A DNA stretch of 64,000 bases from Anaeramoeba ignava BMAN (taxonomy: Eukaryota; Protista; Anaeramoebae): positions 248,001-312,000 of the forward strand of contig JAPDFW010000066.1 of the NCBI GenBank assembly GCA_028826165.1, written 5' to 3'. The position numbers and the translations under genes were made by a program. Below, in pieces: positions 11,601-22,982 of the stretch. Numbering within the stretch: position 1 is the stretch's first letter; every line of letters begins with the position of its first letter. The notes beneath the pieces are model-generated. The model worked only from the letters and a program-made list of their open reading frames with translations, was not told where the DNA came from and ran no database searches.

Positions 11601-14600
11601 CAATATTGTTTCTTTGTTTTGAATATTGATAGAACCTGAGGCAAGAAACCATCCAATAAGAATTCCCAATGAATGTGTAAGATGAATTTTGGTAGATACA
11701 AAAGAATTAGGAATTTGGGATTTTTTGTCTGCGATTTTCAGAACAATGTGATTTAATTGTTGGGAAGAATTAACATAAATGCGTTTTGTAACAGGAACAC
11801 GATGACCAACCTTGAGATCAGAACCTTTGATGGCAACAATACGGTTGTTTTTTCTGATTAAGAAAGATTTTGCTTTTGTTCCTGTGACTTTTCTTCCTGA
11901 TTCTGTGGTGATTTCCACAAGAGTGGAAGAACCATCTGAATTTATTGGCAAATGTTTTGTTAAAGCAGTAACTTTTTTCCACTGCATTTTGGCGTTTGGA
12001 GATACAGAAAGAACGGAAAATTCGTGAGATTTCGAAACATCAAGATAAGTGGTATTATTAGGCAAATTCTTTTTGAAATGGGAGAATTTTTGGGGAAGGA
12101 ATTTAATTAAGGAATCGATAAAATCTCCAATTTTGGTGAATGAAATTTTGTTGTTTTCACGGATGATTATCATCTCTTTCCAATCAATCGAGTTAAGAGT
12201 CATTTGAGTAGCAGGTTCTCCGATAGATTGTGCGGCAAGAGAACCTACCATTTCACCTGGATAAGCGAGAGATTGTTGAAAACGAGTTTCAATTTCGCCT
12301 ATGATCCAGTTGAGAGCTTGAGAATTCAGTCTGTACTTCTCGATGACACGGCGACTTGCCAAAGTTGTGCGTAGAAGAATGCTGAAAAGAAGGGTTGCGT
12401 TATTCTGGTGTTCTCTTGAGATGGGATCATCGCCTGGAACAACGATAAGTTTGTTGCAGAGATCATTTACTTTATCGATGACCTCTATTGGATGTAAATC
12501 AGTTGTTGAAGTGTGATCAATTTCGAATTTAGTTTTGGCGTTAGAAATAAGACGTTGCAAATCAACAGGAAGAGGCACACGAGCTTTGTTTTGCGGGAGC
12601 ATGATTTCCTCGCAAAGAAGTTTTTTATAATCTATGAGTGATTTGACTTCTTCTTCAAGTCGGTCTTGAACTCTAACGCTTGTTTGGATGTCTTCAACGA
12701 CTTCCATTCTCATGAAATCCTCATCAAATCTTTTTCTATTTTTATTAAAAGAGAATTCTTGGATCACTTTTTCATTACTAAAATTCACGAGATCCAAAAC
12801 TTGCTCTTCCACTTTGACTCCATCCATTCCGTCTTCTCCGTAGCTGAATTGAAGAACTTGACCTGATGAATTCCGCACTGTTCCGTCGTATTGAACACAT
12901 ACATCCTCCATGGCTTTTACTAATCTTCTCTGAATATATCCTGTTTCAGATGTTTTGACTGCTGTATCCACTAAACCTTCTCTTCCTCCCATTGCGTGGA
13001 AGAAGAATTCTTGTGGTGTTAATCCTCTTAGGTATGAATTCTCAACAAATCCTCTACTTTCAGGTCCAAGATCTTCTTTTGTGAAGTGTGGAAGTGTTCT
13101 TAGTCTGAATCCGAATGGGATACGTTTACCTTCGACCTTTATATAAATTTATAAATTTATAATTTATAATTTATCGACATTATAAATTTATATAATTTTA
13201 ATTATAATTTATAATTGAATTTTAATTTATAATTTATAATTGAATTTTAATTTTATATAATTTTATAATTTATAATTGAATTTTAATTTTATATAAATTT
13301 ATAATTTATAATTGAATTTTAATTTTATATAAATTTATAATTTTATATAATTTTATAAATTAATTTTAATTTATAGTATTTACCTGCTGTCCAACACAAG
13401 CAATAATCTGTGAAATATTCAAATAACTCCCTTTAGATCCTGATGTAACCATAGTTTTAATATTATTCGTATCATCCAATGATTTCTTCGCTTTCTCACC
13501 AGCTTCTTTCACAGCTTTATTCAAAACAGCATTGACTTGATCTTCAAAAGATTCTTGCAAAGTCATCCCTGTTTTAATATCCAAATGACCATGCCGAGCC
13601 TCAGTAATCAACTTAGTAACACCCTTCTTGGCTCCACGAATTGTATCCTCAATAACATTTAAGGTTTGTCTGTTGGCAATAGTATCACTGATCCCAATCG
13701 TATATCCTCTCTGAAGAAGCCAATTATTAATCAGCAATTGTGTTTCATTCAAGATTTTCTTTGTCGCTTCTCTTCCTTTTTCATTGAAAACAACATGGAT
13801 CAAACTTTTGCGTTTTTGTCCAATTATTTCTCTTGAAAGACTTCCTTCCAAAAGTTCGCCTTGTTGAATAATAACCTTGGAATCAAAGCGAGAAATAATG
13901 GAATCAGGTGGTTCGTTGTTATCACCTTTTTCCTCATCAATGATCTGAAACAAATTCACATCAGGAACAAGCATGGAATAGATCTGCTTGCCAGTCCACA
14001 AAGGACGAGGTTTAAGAATTGCAGGAACTGGAAGGGTTCCGTCAAAATCACTGATCCAAATCACAAGATTCATGACTTCGTCTTTCTCAAGAAAATTGTC
14101 TCGACGTGTGAACACCTTAGATCCTAAAAGAGAATCTTGCACAATTCCAATTACAGGCCCGTTTTTTTGAGGCGTGATAATTTGTCGTGGAGACATGATC
14201 AACTCAAATACTTCCGCTCGTGATAATAAATCTTGTGGAACATGCAGATTCATTTCATCACCATCAAAATCAGCGTTATAAGGTGTGCAATTTAATGTAA
14301 GTATTTTTGATGCGAAAAAATTGTGATTTGAATCTCCTGTTGTGATATCATATGCTTCATCGAAAAAAATCTCACGAATACTATCAATTTTACTCCAACA
14401 AACTTCACTTTCCTGAATAATGTGCTTAAGCGCCCATTCTTCACAGTTGATATTTTCAACATTGATTCCTCTTGTTTTCGAATAGGCTAAATACCGCCAA
14501 AATTCGCTTAATCTATTTGCTTTTTTTTCTGATGCTTTTGAATAAAGATATCCGATTCTTTCCCAGAAATTATAAACATTTTGGAAATTAGAGGTTGAAA

Positions 14601-17600
14601 TTTCCCATTTTCTTTCTCCAAACAAATAATAAGATCTCAAATTGATTCCAAATTGTTTCATTAATGTTGATAAAGAATCGATCATTGTTTGTGGAAAGCT
14701 TGCAAAGCGTATTTCCATTTTTTTCGTATCAGAAAATCTTTTTGTGAAGAAACCAATTAAATCGCTAAGAGTAAATTCATTTCCACAAGAACATTGACCA
14801 AAAATACCACGAAGAAACTGGCGTTTAACTATCAAACTCGAGTTCCGAATCCATTCAGGAACTGTTCTCATTCGTAAAACCACATCTCTTATTGAATCTT
14901 TTTTGTAAACAACAGAATCGCTCAAAATTAATAAAAACATTGTGATTAAAGATTGTGATTTTAGCTTAATTTGGAAATGTAGTGGATTGAAACTGTTTGG
15001 ACATCAGCAGCAATGCCCAAAGATTGCAAATCCATTTGAATAGTCTGGATATCTGTTTGGGATTGTGCCTTGAATATCAAAGTTTTGTTACTAAGATCTG
15101 TGGAAAGTTGGGAATTATTATACAGACCGAAAAAGATATCCTGCAAGACCTGCAAGAAGAATTTGCCTGTGATCATCTTTGGCAATATCAAGCAAGTGAT
15201 AGCGAGAAAGATCGTTGATAATATTATTTATTTGTTGAGCGGAGAAATCTTGCAAATGAGAAATAATTGATTTTTGGGAAAGGATTTTTTGTCCGCTTTC
15301 GAAATCAACAGAAGGAAGTTTTTGGTTGTGCACAATTAAGTAATCATTAGTTGTTAGATTTTTAGCAGTTATTCTGGAGTTGTTTTTGGTGATGAAAGGA
15401 TGTTCTTCAGTGCATTTAATACAATGACCGCTTTCTGTTAAAATTTCATAGCATTTGTAATGAAATTCTGAAGGTGAAATTTTATGGAACTTGACAATTG
15501 AGCTTCTGTAAATTTGAAGCGATTTATTTGTCTCACGACAAGAGAAGATTTGTGAGTTATTTTGAAAGGCAGAGATGCTGCGAATAGGGATTGTCCCGAA
15601 TAGAGTATTGATTGGAGTGTTTCCATGAAGACAAACACTCAAATTAAGTCTAAAAGTGGAATAAGGCATGACACGAATTTTATGGCCCATCATAGACATT
15701 TTGTGCAGTGAGGGCTGTCGATTAAATACAATTACATCTCCGTCTCGAAGATGTCTTTCCACTTTGTATCCCACAGCAAGATGCAGATCACTTTCTCTTT
15801 GAATAAATCTCAAATCATGTCTAGTTCCATCGTCTCTAATAATATAGTTTGCTCCATTTAGTTGAGTTGGTCCATTGCGAACAAGTTCGTATAGTTCGTG
15901 GCTATTGAATGGTGTTACAACTTCTGGGTATGTCATATTTAATGCAACAGAACGCGGAACGCCAACCTTTTTATCGAAAAATTAAAATTCAATTTAAAAT
16001 TAAATCAAAATATTTTTTTTAAAATAACAAACTTCATCTATTCCAATTGTTGGATCAGGAGTAATAACAGTTCTTGCACTAAAATCAACTCTTTTTCCCA
16101 TTAAATTCCCACGAATTCGCCCTTCTTTCCCTTTCAATCTTTGAACAAAAGCTTTAAGAGGACGACCAGATCTATGAATAGAAGGGTCCATTCCAGGTAT
16201 TTCATTGGTAATCAAAGTAGCAACATGATATTGAAGAATATTAGTCATTTCATCAATTTCAGATAAAATGGCACCTTGTTTAGGTTTCTCTTCAAGAGCT
16301 CTATTTATTTTGAGGATATCAGATAATTTATATGTGATATCGTCCTGTGATCTCCGCATTGGATCTGCTTGTACTGATGGTCGAACACATGGCGGTGGTA
16401 CAGGAATGCATGTTACTATCATTGATTCTGGTCTTGTATATTTTGGATCAATTCCAAATGCTCGCCAATCCGAATCTGTTATTTTCCGTAATATATCAAG
16501 AACTTGTTCTGGTTTGTATAATGTTTTTCTGGCTTGTGAATCATTAGACTATTTAAAATATAAATAATATAAATATAATAAATATAATAAATATAATAAA
16601 TATAATATAATAAATATAATAAATATAATAAATATAATAAATATAATAAATATAAATAATATAATAAATATAATAAATATAAATAAATATAATAAATATT
16701 ATAAATATAATAAATAATATAAATATTTAGATAGGAATTGTTCTGTGACATACCTTTCTAGGTCCATGATAAATTTTTAATTCTTTACGAGAAATTTTTG
16801 GTTGAGAAGTATTACATCCTTTTCGACGACGCCAAACGCGAGCTCCAGTAGGATTTTTTGGATCTTCATATTGTGGATCTTCTTGAAAAAGTTCTCTTCC
16901 AACTTCGGGATCTCGTATATATTCATATCCAGAATCATTTTGCTCGTTTTCACGTGAATCATTTACATATAAACAAAGTGATTTTGTTGATGCGAGTTTG
17001 CAAATAACCCGAAATCTCTCTTGTTTTTTCAAAGTTTTAATTGCATCAATGAAATCGGGATTATCCTATTGAAATTTGAAGATAATTTCATTATAAATTT
17101 AATTATAAATTTAATTATAAATTTAATTATAAATATAATTATAAATTTAATTATAAATTTAATTATAAATTTAATTATAAATTTCATTATAAATTTAATT
17201 ATAAATTTAATTATAAATTTAATTATAAATTTAATTATAAATTTAATTATAAATTTAATTATAAATTTCATTTTAAATTTCATTTTAAATTTCATTTTAA
17301 ATTTCATTTTAAATTTCATTTTAAATTTCATTTTAAATTTCATTTTAAATTTAATTATAAATATAATTATAAATTTCATTATAAATTTAATTATAAATAT
17401 AATTATAGATTTAATTATAAATTTAATTATAAATTTAATTATAAATTTAATTATAAATTTAATTATAAATTTAATTATAAATTTAATTATAAATTTAATT
17501 ATAAATTTAATTATAAATTTAATTATAAATTTAATTATAAATTTCATTATAAATTTAATTATAAATATAATTATAAATTTAATTATAAATATAATTATAA

Positions 17601-20451
17601 ATTTCATTTTAAAATAATTATAAATTTAATTATAAATATAATTTTAAATTTAATTATAAATTTTGATATAAATATAATTATAAATTTTGATATAAATATA
17701 ATTATAAATATAATTATAAATTTAATTATAAATTTAATTATAAATTTAATTATAAATTTAAATTTAATTATAAATTTCATTTTAAATTTAATTATAAATT
17801 TAATTATAAATTTCATTATAAATTTAATTATAAATTTAATTATAAATTTAATTATAAAATATAATTTTAAATTTCATTATAAATTTAATTATAAATTTAA
17901 TTATAAATATAATTATAAATTTAATTATAAATATAATTATAAATATAATTATAAATTTAATTATAAATTTAATTATAAATTTAATTATAAATATAATTAT
18001 AAATTTAATTATAAATTTAATTATAAATTTAATTATAAATTTAAAAAGGGAATTTAAATTATTTTTTTCTCCTTTTGTTTTTTTCTTATTTAATAAAAAA
18101 ATTAAAAAACAAAAGGAGAAAAAAAAAAGGTGAATAATTTAAAAAGTTTCATTTTTCACAATTTATAAATTAATAAGAAAAATTTTTTATAATAAATGAA
18201 TGTGGGCAAAAAATAAAATTAGATAAGAAAAAAAACTTACATATTCTAAAAGTAATCTTCCACAATTATTACAAACACAAGATAAAATTTTAGTTATTTT
18301 GGGTAAAAACCCAATATGATACACAGGTTTTGCAAGATCTATATGACCAAAATGACCAATACATTCATTAGGCCCTCCTCCACAAGTTTCACATCTTATA
18401 TTATCTGATGTTCCTAAACGAAGATCTGCTAAACCACCTGTTTTTGGTTTATTATTTTCATACATTTCATAATGTTCAATTTTAGCAACAGACATACTTC
18501 TCTATTTTCCATTTATACAAAATTTTTCATAAGGAATTTAATTATAAATTTAATTATAAATTTAATTATAAATTTAATTATAAATTTAATTATAAATTTC
18601 ATTATAAATATAATTATAAATTTCATTATAAATTTAATTATAAATTTAATTATAAATTTAATTATAAATTTAATTATAAATTTAATTATAAATATAATTA
18701 TAAATTTAATTATAAATTTCATTATAAATTTAATTATAAATATAATTATAAATTTAATTATAAATTTATTTATAAATATAATTATAAATATAATTATAAA
18801 TATAATTATAAATTTAATTATAAATTTAATTATAAATTTAATTATAAATTTAATTATAAATTTATTTATAAATATAATTATAAATTTAATTATAAATTTA
18901 ATTATAAATTTAATTATAAATTTAATTATAAATTTAATTATAAATTTAATTATAAATTTAATTATAAATTTAATTATAAATATAATTATAAATATAATTA
19001 TAAATTTAATTATAAATTTAATTATAAATTTAATTATAAATTTAATTATAAATTTAATTATAAATTTAATTATAAATTTAATTATAAATTTAATTATAAA
19101 TATAATTATAAATTTATTTATAAATATAATTATAAATATTAAAATAAATATAATTATAAATTTAATTATAAATTTAATTATAAATTTAATTATAAATTTA
19201 ATTATAAATTTAATTATAAATTTAATTATAAATTTAATTATAAAATTAATTATAAATTTTAAAATAAATATAATTATAAATTTAATTATAAATTTATTGG
19301 AAAGTTTATTTCTGAAGTTAATTATAAATTTTAAAATAAATTTAATTATAAATTTTAAAATAAATTTAATTATAAAATTAATTATAAATATAATTATAAA
19401 ATTAATTATAAATTTAATTATAAATTTAATTATAAATTTTAAAAATAAATTTAATTCATAATTGATTAGAAGTTTTGTTATAAATTTATTGGAAAGTTTA
19501 TTTCTGAAGTTAATTATAAATTTAATTATATATTTAATTATAAATATAATTATAAATTTTAAAATAAATATAATTATAAATTTTATTATAAATTTAATTA
19601 TAAATTTAATTATAAATTTAATTATAAATTTAATTATAAATTTAATTATAAATATAATTATAAATTTCATTTTAAATTTAATTATAAATTTTATTATAAA
19701 TTTAATTATAAATTTAATTATAAATTTAATTATAAATTTAATTATAAATTTAATTATAAATTTAATTATAAATTTAATTATAAATTTAATTCATAATTAA
19801 TTAGAAGTTTTGTTATAAATTTATTGGAAAGTTTATTTCTGAAGTTAATTATAAATAATGACGTCATAAAACAATTTATTAAAAAAAAAATTTTTTTTAG
19901 TTAATTAAATTTAATTCTTTTCTTTTTTTCATTTAATTTATTTCTATTTCCTTAATTTAGTTAATTTAGTTAATTTTTTATTTACAAATTTAATTCAAAA
20001 ATTAATTTATTGTTTGTTAAATATTGTTTGTTAAAATTTATTATGTGTTTTGTGTGTTAAAAAAAAAATATAAAACAAAACACAAAAAATTGATTTAATT
20101 TATAAATTGTGGACTTAATTCTTAATTTAAATTTAACTTAAATCAAAAAATTTTAAATTATAAATAAATTATAAATTATATTTTCAAAAAAATTAAAACA
20201 AAAGAAGAAAAAGAATAAGAAGAAGAAAAAAACAAAAAGTAGACAATTTAAATTTAAATTGAAATTGTTATAATAATTTTAAATTTAAAAGGAAAAAAAA
20301 TAAAAAAATAAAAAAAAAATATCTCGTTTTTTGAGTTATATTTTTTTTTTGATTTAAAAAATTATTATTTTATAAATACAATTTCATCAGCACTAAAAAT
20401 ACCAAATTGAACTCTTGTGATTTTTTTTAACGGAACATTATTTTTATCCAT
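8632..20451 (-). CDS. RPB1: RNA polymerase II largest subunit with two inteins and an octapeptide CTD; exons 20451-20380, 18501-18241, 17065-16754, 16548-16033, 15966-13384, 13136-8632
   Basis: [24 protein letters not shown]|RSMSVAKI, Zn motif [77 protein letters not shown] and a YSP-repeat CTD. GT-AG boundaries located by hand. One 1-nt deletion in the CTD (~8943) and two compensating shifts in intein 1. Confidence 0.97.
8650..9272 (-). repeat. RPB1 CTD: 26 tandem 24-nt repeats encoding YSP(S/T)SPR(T/S/V)
   Basis: First Tyr codon at 9272 and last at 8673, i.e. 25 x 24 nt minus 1 nt. The protein ends ...[13 protein letters not shown]. Confidence 0.95.
10632..12191 (-). mobile_element. Intein 2 in the RPB1 trigger loop (520 aa, degenerate LAGLIDADG domain, Ser1...Asp-terminal)
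   Basis: Splits the conserved QMTLN|TFH. Starts SIDWKEMII; block [14 protein letters not shown]; LAGLIDADG-like [13 protein letters not shown] and [14 protein letters not shown]; block [26 protein letters not shown]|T. Confidence 0.93.
11239..11397 (-). repeat. 9-bp coding tandem repeat (ACAAAGAAA/ACAAAGGAA; TKK/TKE) inside intein 2
   Basis: About 17 in-frame units, visible directly. Confidence 0.95.
14290..15633 (-). mobile_element. Intein 1 in RPB1 immediately before the catalytic NADFDGD loop (~448 aa, degenerate LAGLIDADG domain)
   Basis: Splits TFRLNLSV|[11 protein letters not shown]. Starts CLHGNTPI; block [10 protein letters not shown]; LAGLIDADG-like LAGLAGYLF and [10 protein letters not shown]; block [24 protein letters not shown]|C. 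Confidence 0.93.
16555..16725. repeat. 9-bp microsatellite (TATAATAAA)n in RPB1 intron 3
   Basis: Visible directly. Confidence 0.85.
17085..18045. repeat. 12-bp minisatellite (ATAAATTTAATT)n in RPB1 intron 2
   Basis: Visible directly; it gives the IINL/FIIK pseudo-ORFs. Confidence 0.95.
18535..19855. repeat. 12-bp minisatellite (ATAAATTTAATT)n in RPB1 intron 1, with three copies of an AAATTTATTGGAAAGTTTATTTCTGAAGTT block
   Basis: Visible directly; block copies at ~19291, ~19483 and ~19818. Confidence 0.95.
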
Positions 20452-20648
20452 TGCAAATCAATCGTTCAAATATCAAATAAAAAAAAAATTTGTAAAGATA
20501 AAAATGTTTTTTTCATTTTTTTTTTAAAATTATTTAATTTAAAAAAATTTTTTTTTAATTTTTATTTTTTTTATTTAAATTAATAAAAATAAAAACAAAT
20601 TTTTCATTTTTTTTCAATTTTCATTTTCATTTTTTCTTTTTAAAAAAA
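20452..20648. promoter_or_regulatory. 197-bp bidirectional promoter region between RPB1 and COG2
   Basis: Divergent start codons at 20451 (-) and 20649 (+); TCATTTT motifs upstream of COG2. Confidence 0.55.
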
Positions 20649-22883
20649 ATGTCTTTTTTAAAACCTGAATATTTTTTTACAGACAATTTTTATGTTGAAG
20701 AATTTATAAGAGAAGCAAGACAAGCACTTACACTTGAACAATTCCTGAAAGAATTAAACAACATTCATCATATTCTTAATAACAAACTAGTTGATTTAAT
20801 AAACAAAGATTATTCACAATTTCTATCACTTTCATCAAATCTTATTGGAATTGATAATAAAATCCAACATCTTCTTGAGTCTTTAAATATTATTAAAATA
20901 ACGCTATTAGAATTAAAAGAAAATATTTCCAATTCAAAAAAAGAGCTTGAGGTCAAAATTCAGCATAAAAAAGAAGTCAAGGATCAAATCAAGATCGTCA
21001 AACTTATCATTTCGATAAATCAATTAGTGGAGAAAATTGAAAATCTCTTTACTCAATTCAAATCAACGAAATATCCTCAAATGATCGAAATGATCGCTTC
21101 TCATTTTTGCAAATTGCAAATACTAATTAGTTCACTCCAACAAAAATCCGCGTCAAGAATCAATAAGCAAAACGGCGCCAATCAACTTGATACAAGTTGG
21201 GAGGTTGAGTATGCACAGAATTTTCTCAACGGAATCAAAGACCGTTTTGTTTCCATTCGCAATTCTCTGCTCTTGATTCTTGAAAATTACTCGAGAATCA
21301 TTTTGGAGGAAAAAAATCAAGAAACAACTTTGAATCTTCTTCGTTCCTTCATGATTCTCCGCAAGCCTTCCAAGGCAGAGCAAAACATCAAGGCAATCAT
21401 TCAAGCTCCGCTCTCCGAAATTATCAACCAGAAGAATCTCTCTTCAAAAGGCTTGGAATTCATCTACGACCAAATCCTCAATTACATCAAAAAGGAATTT
21501 TCCTTCTTGTTCAATCTTTGCAACAAACACCATTTGAGCGACTTCTCCTTTTTGGAAAACTCGATATGGAGCGCCATCGAAGAGCTCATTGAATCAGAAA
21601 TACCCACAATCTCTTCAACAAGATACTTTGAGTTATTCAACCAGAACTACCGTGTTTCAATAAAATTTCTCGACCAAATCAAACAAAATTTCATCTTTGA
21701 TCAACAAGGAATCCAAAAATTCGTCACTCACAACTCAACAAAGAAGTTCCTCAAAAAATGGAACTTACTCGCATACTTCCAAATTTGCCTGCTCAAAATA
21801 TCAGAGGAATTCAACACTCTTTGCAATTCCACATCCTTGCAAGACCAAGAGGCGATATTTCTGCAATCGGACATGAAAATATCTCCCGATCATTCTTCTT
21901 TCCTCTTGCAAATATCCAAAAAATTCTGGCTCCAATTGTCTTCATGCTGGAATGACAAGTTTTATTTGGATATTTTAATTCATAAATTCCTCAAACTTTC
22001 TTTCCAATTATTTTCAAAACTCCAAGTTTGGATTTCGCGCCAAATTGCACCAACAAACCAACAAAAACCCTCATCCCAACAACTAATTTTCCTGATTTAT
22101 GACATTCAAGTTCTGATGAAGAATATTCCCGAATTATACAATCAAAATGTGTTGAAATCATTGCGAACAAACGATAAAAATCAAAATATCCAGCAAAATA
22201 ACCAAATTACTCAAGAAAACACAAACCAACAAAACACCCAAATCATTCAGAATATCCAGCAAAATGAGGAAAATTCAATCTCTGTTTTATTCACTCAATC
22301 TCTTAGCGATATTCTTGATTCTCTGCAACAAATATCACAAAATATTAACCAAATAATAATCCAAAATTTCACTCAAATTTGTTCAAAAGAACTTGAGTTT
22401 GTCCGCAAAATAAAAAGCAAATATCACATGACAGACAAACCAACACCAACTGAATGTTCGCCTTCAGTTTCCCAAATTTATACGCCTTTCACTTCGTTTT
22501 TGAATTCCGACTTGATTTCTAATTTGATTGATCAAAATTCCAAATTTATTTGGTCAAAAGGATTGATCCAAAAATTATCAACTAAATATTTTAATGAAGT
22601 CAAAGATTTTATCACTTCTGTTCAAGAAACCGATAATGCTTTAAAAAGATTTCGGTTCAATTTGATGAACACATCTCCAAATTCTCAAGAAAATTCCCAA
22701 AAAAATGAGGAAGAATCTTATATTCAAAAAATTTATCATCAAGTTATTCTTGATATAACAGAATTTAAGAAAATTTCTCTTAGTTTATTATCTCAAAATG
22801 AATCTATTTCTCAAGATGAAGAAATTATAAAAATTTTTTCTCAAATGTCAGAATATATAAATTCTTTAAAAATTCTTTTATAA
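20649..22883 (+). CDS. COG2: Conserved oligomeric Golgi complex subunit 2
   Basis: N-terminal F..EEFI...LVDLINKDYSQFLSLSSNLIGID, central KKWNLLAYFQI and C-terminal YHMTDKPTPT match COG2 motifs; 744 aa. Confidence 0.85.
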   Translation: MSFLKPEYFFTDNFYVEEFIREARQALTLEQFLKELNNIHHILNNKLVDLINKDYSQFLSLSSNLIGIDNKIQHLLESLNIIKITLLELKENISNSKKELEVKIQHKKEVKDQIKIVKLIISINQLVEKIENLFTQFKSTKYPQMIEMIASHFCKLQILISSLQQKSASRINKQNGANQLDTSWEVEYAQNFLNGIKDRFVSIRNSLLLILENYSRIILEEKNQETTLNLLRSFMILRKPSKAEQNIKAIIQAPLSEIINQKNLSSKGLEFIYDQILNYIKKEFSFLFNLCNKHHLSDFSFLENSIWSAIEELIESEIPTISSTRYFELFNQNYRVSIKFLDQIKQNFIFDQQGIQKFVTHNSTKKFLKKWNLLAYFQICLLKISEEFNTLCNSTSLQDQEAIFLQSDMKISPDHSSFLLQISKKFWLQLSSCWNDKFYLDILIHKFLKLSFQLFSKLQVWISRQIAPTNQQKPSSQQLIFLIYDIQVLMKNIPELYNQNVLKSLRTNDKNQNIQQNNQITQENTNQQNTQIIQNIQQNEENSISVLFTQSLSDILDSLQQISQNINQIIIQNFTQICSKELEFVRKIKSKYHMTDKPTPTECSPSVSQIYTPFTSFLNSDLISNLIDQNSKFIWSKGLIQKLSTKYFNEVKDFITSVQETDNALKRFRFNLMNTSPNSQENSQKNEEESYIQKIYHQVILDITEFKKISLSLLSQNESISQDEEIIKIFSQMSEYINSLKILL

Positions 22884-22982
22884 ACAAAACAAAAAAAAAG
22901 AAAGAAAGAAAAAAAATTTTTTTTAATTGAAAAATTATTTTTTTTGCTTTTTTTTTTTCATTTTTTTTCTTTTAAATAAAAA

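Noticed and set aside
9438-16567. Short antisense and alternative-frame ORFs over RPB1 and other genes
   Set aside because: They are shadows of real coding sequence with no recognisable motifs.
17021-19800. Long IINL/FIIK ORFs up to 385 aa
   Set aside because: They come from a stop-free 12-bp repeat inside RPB1 introns 1 and 2.
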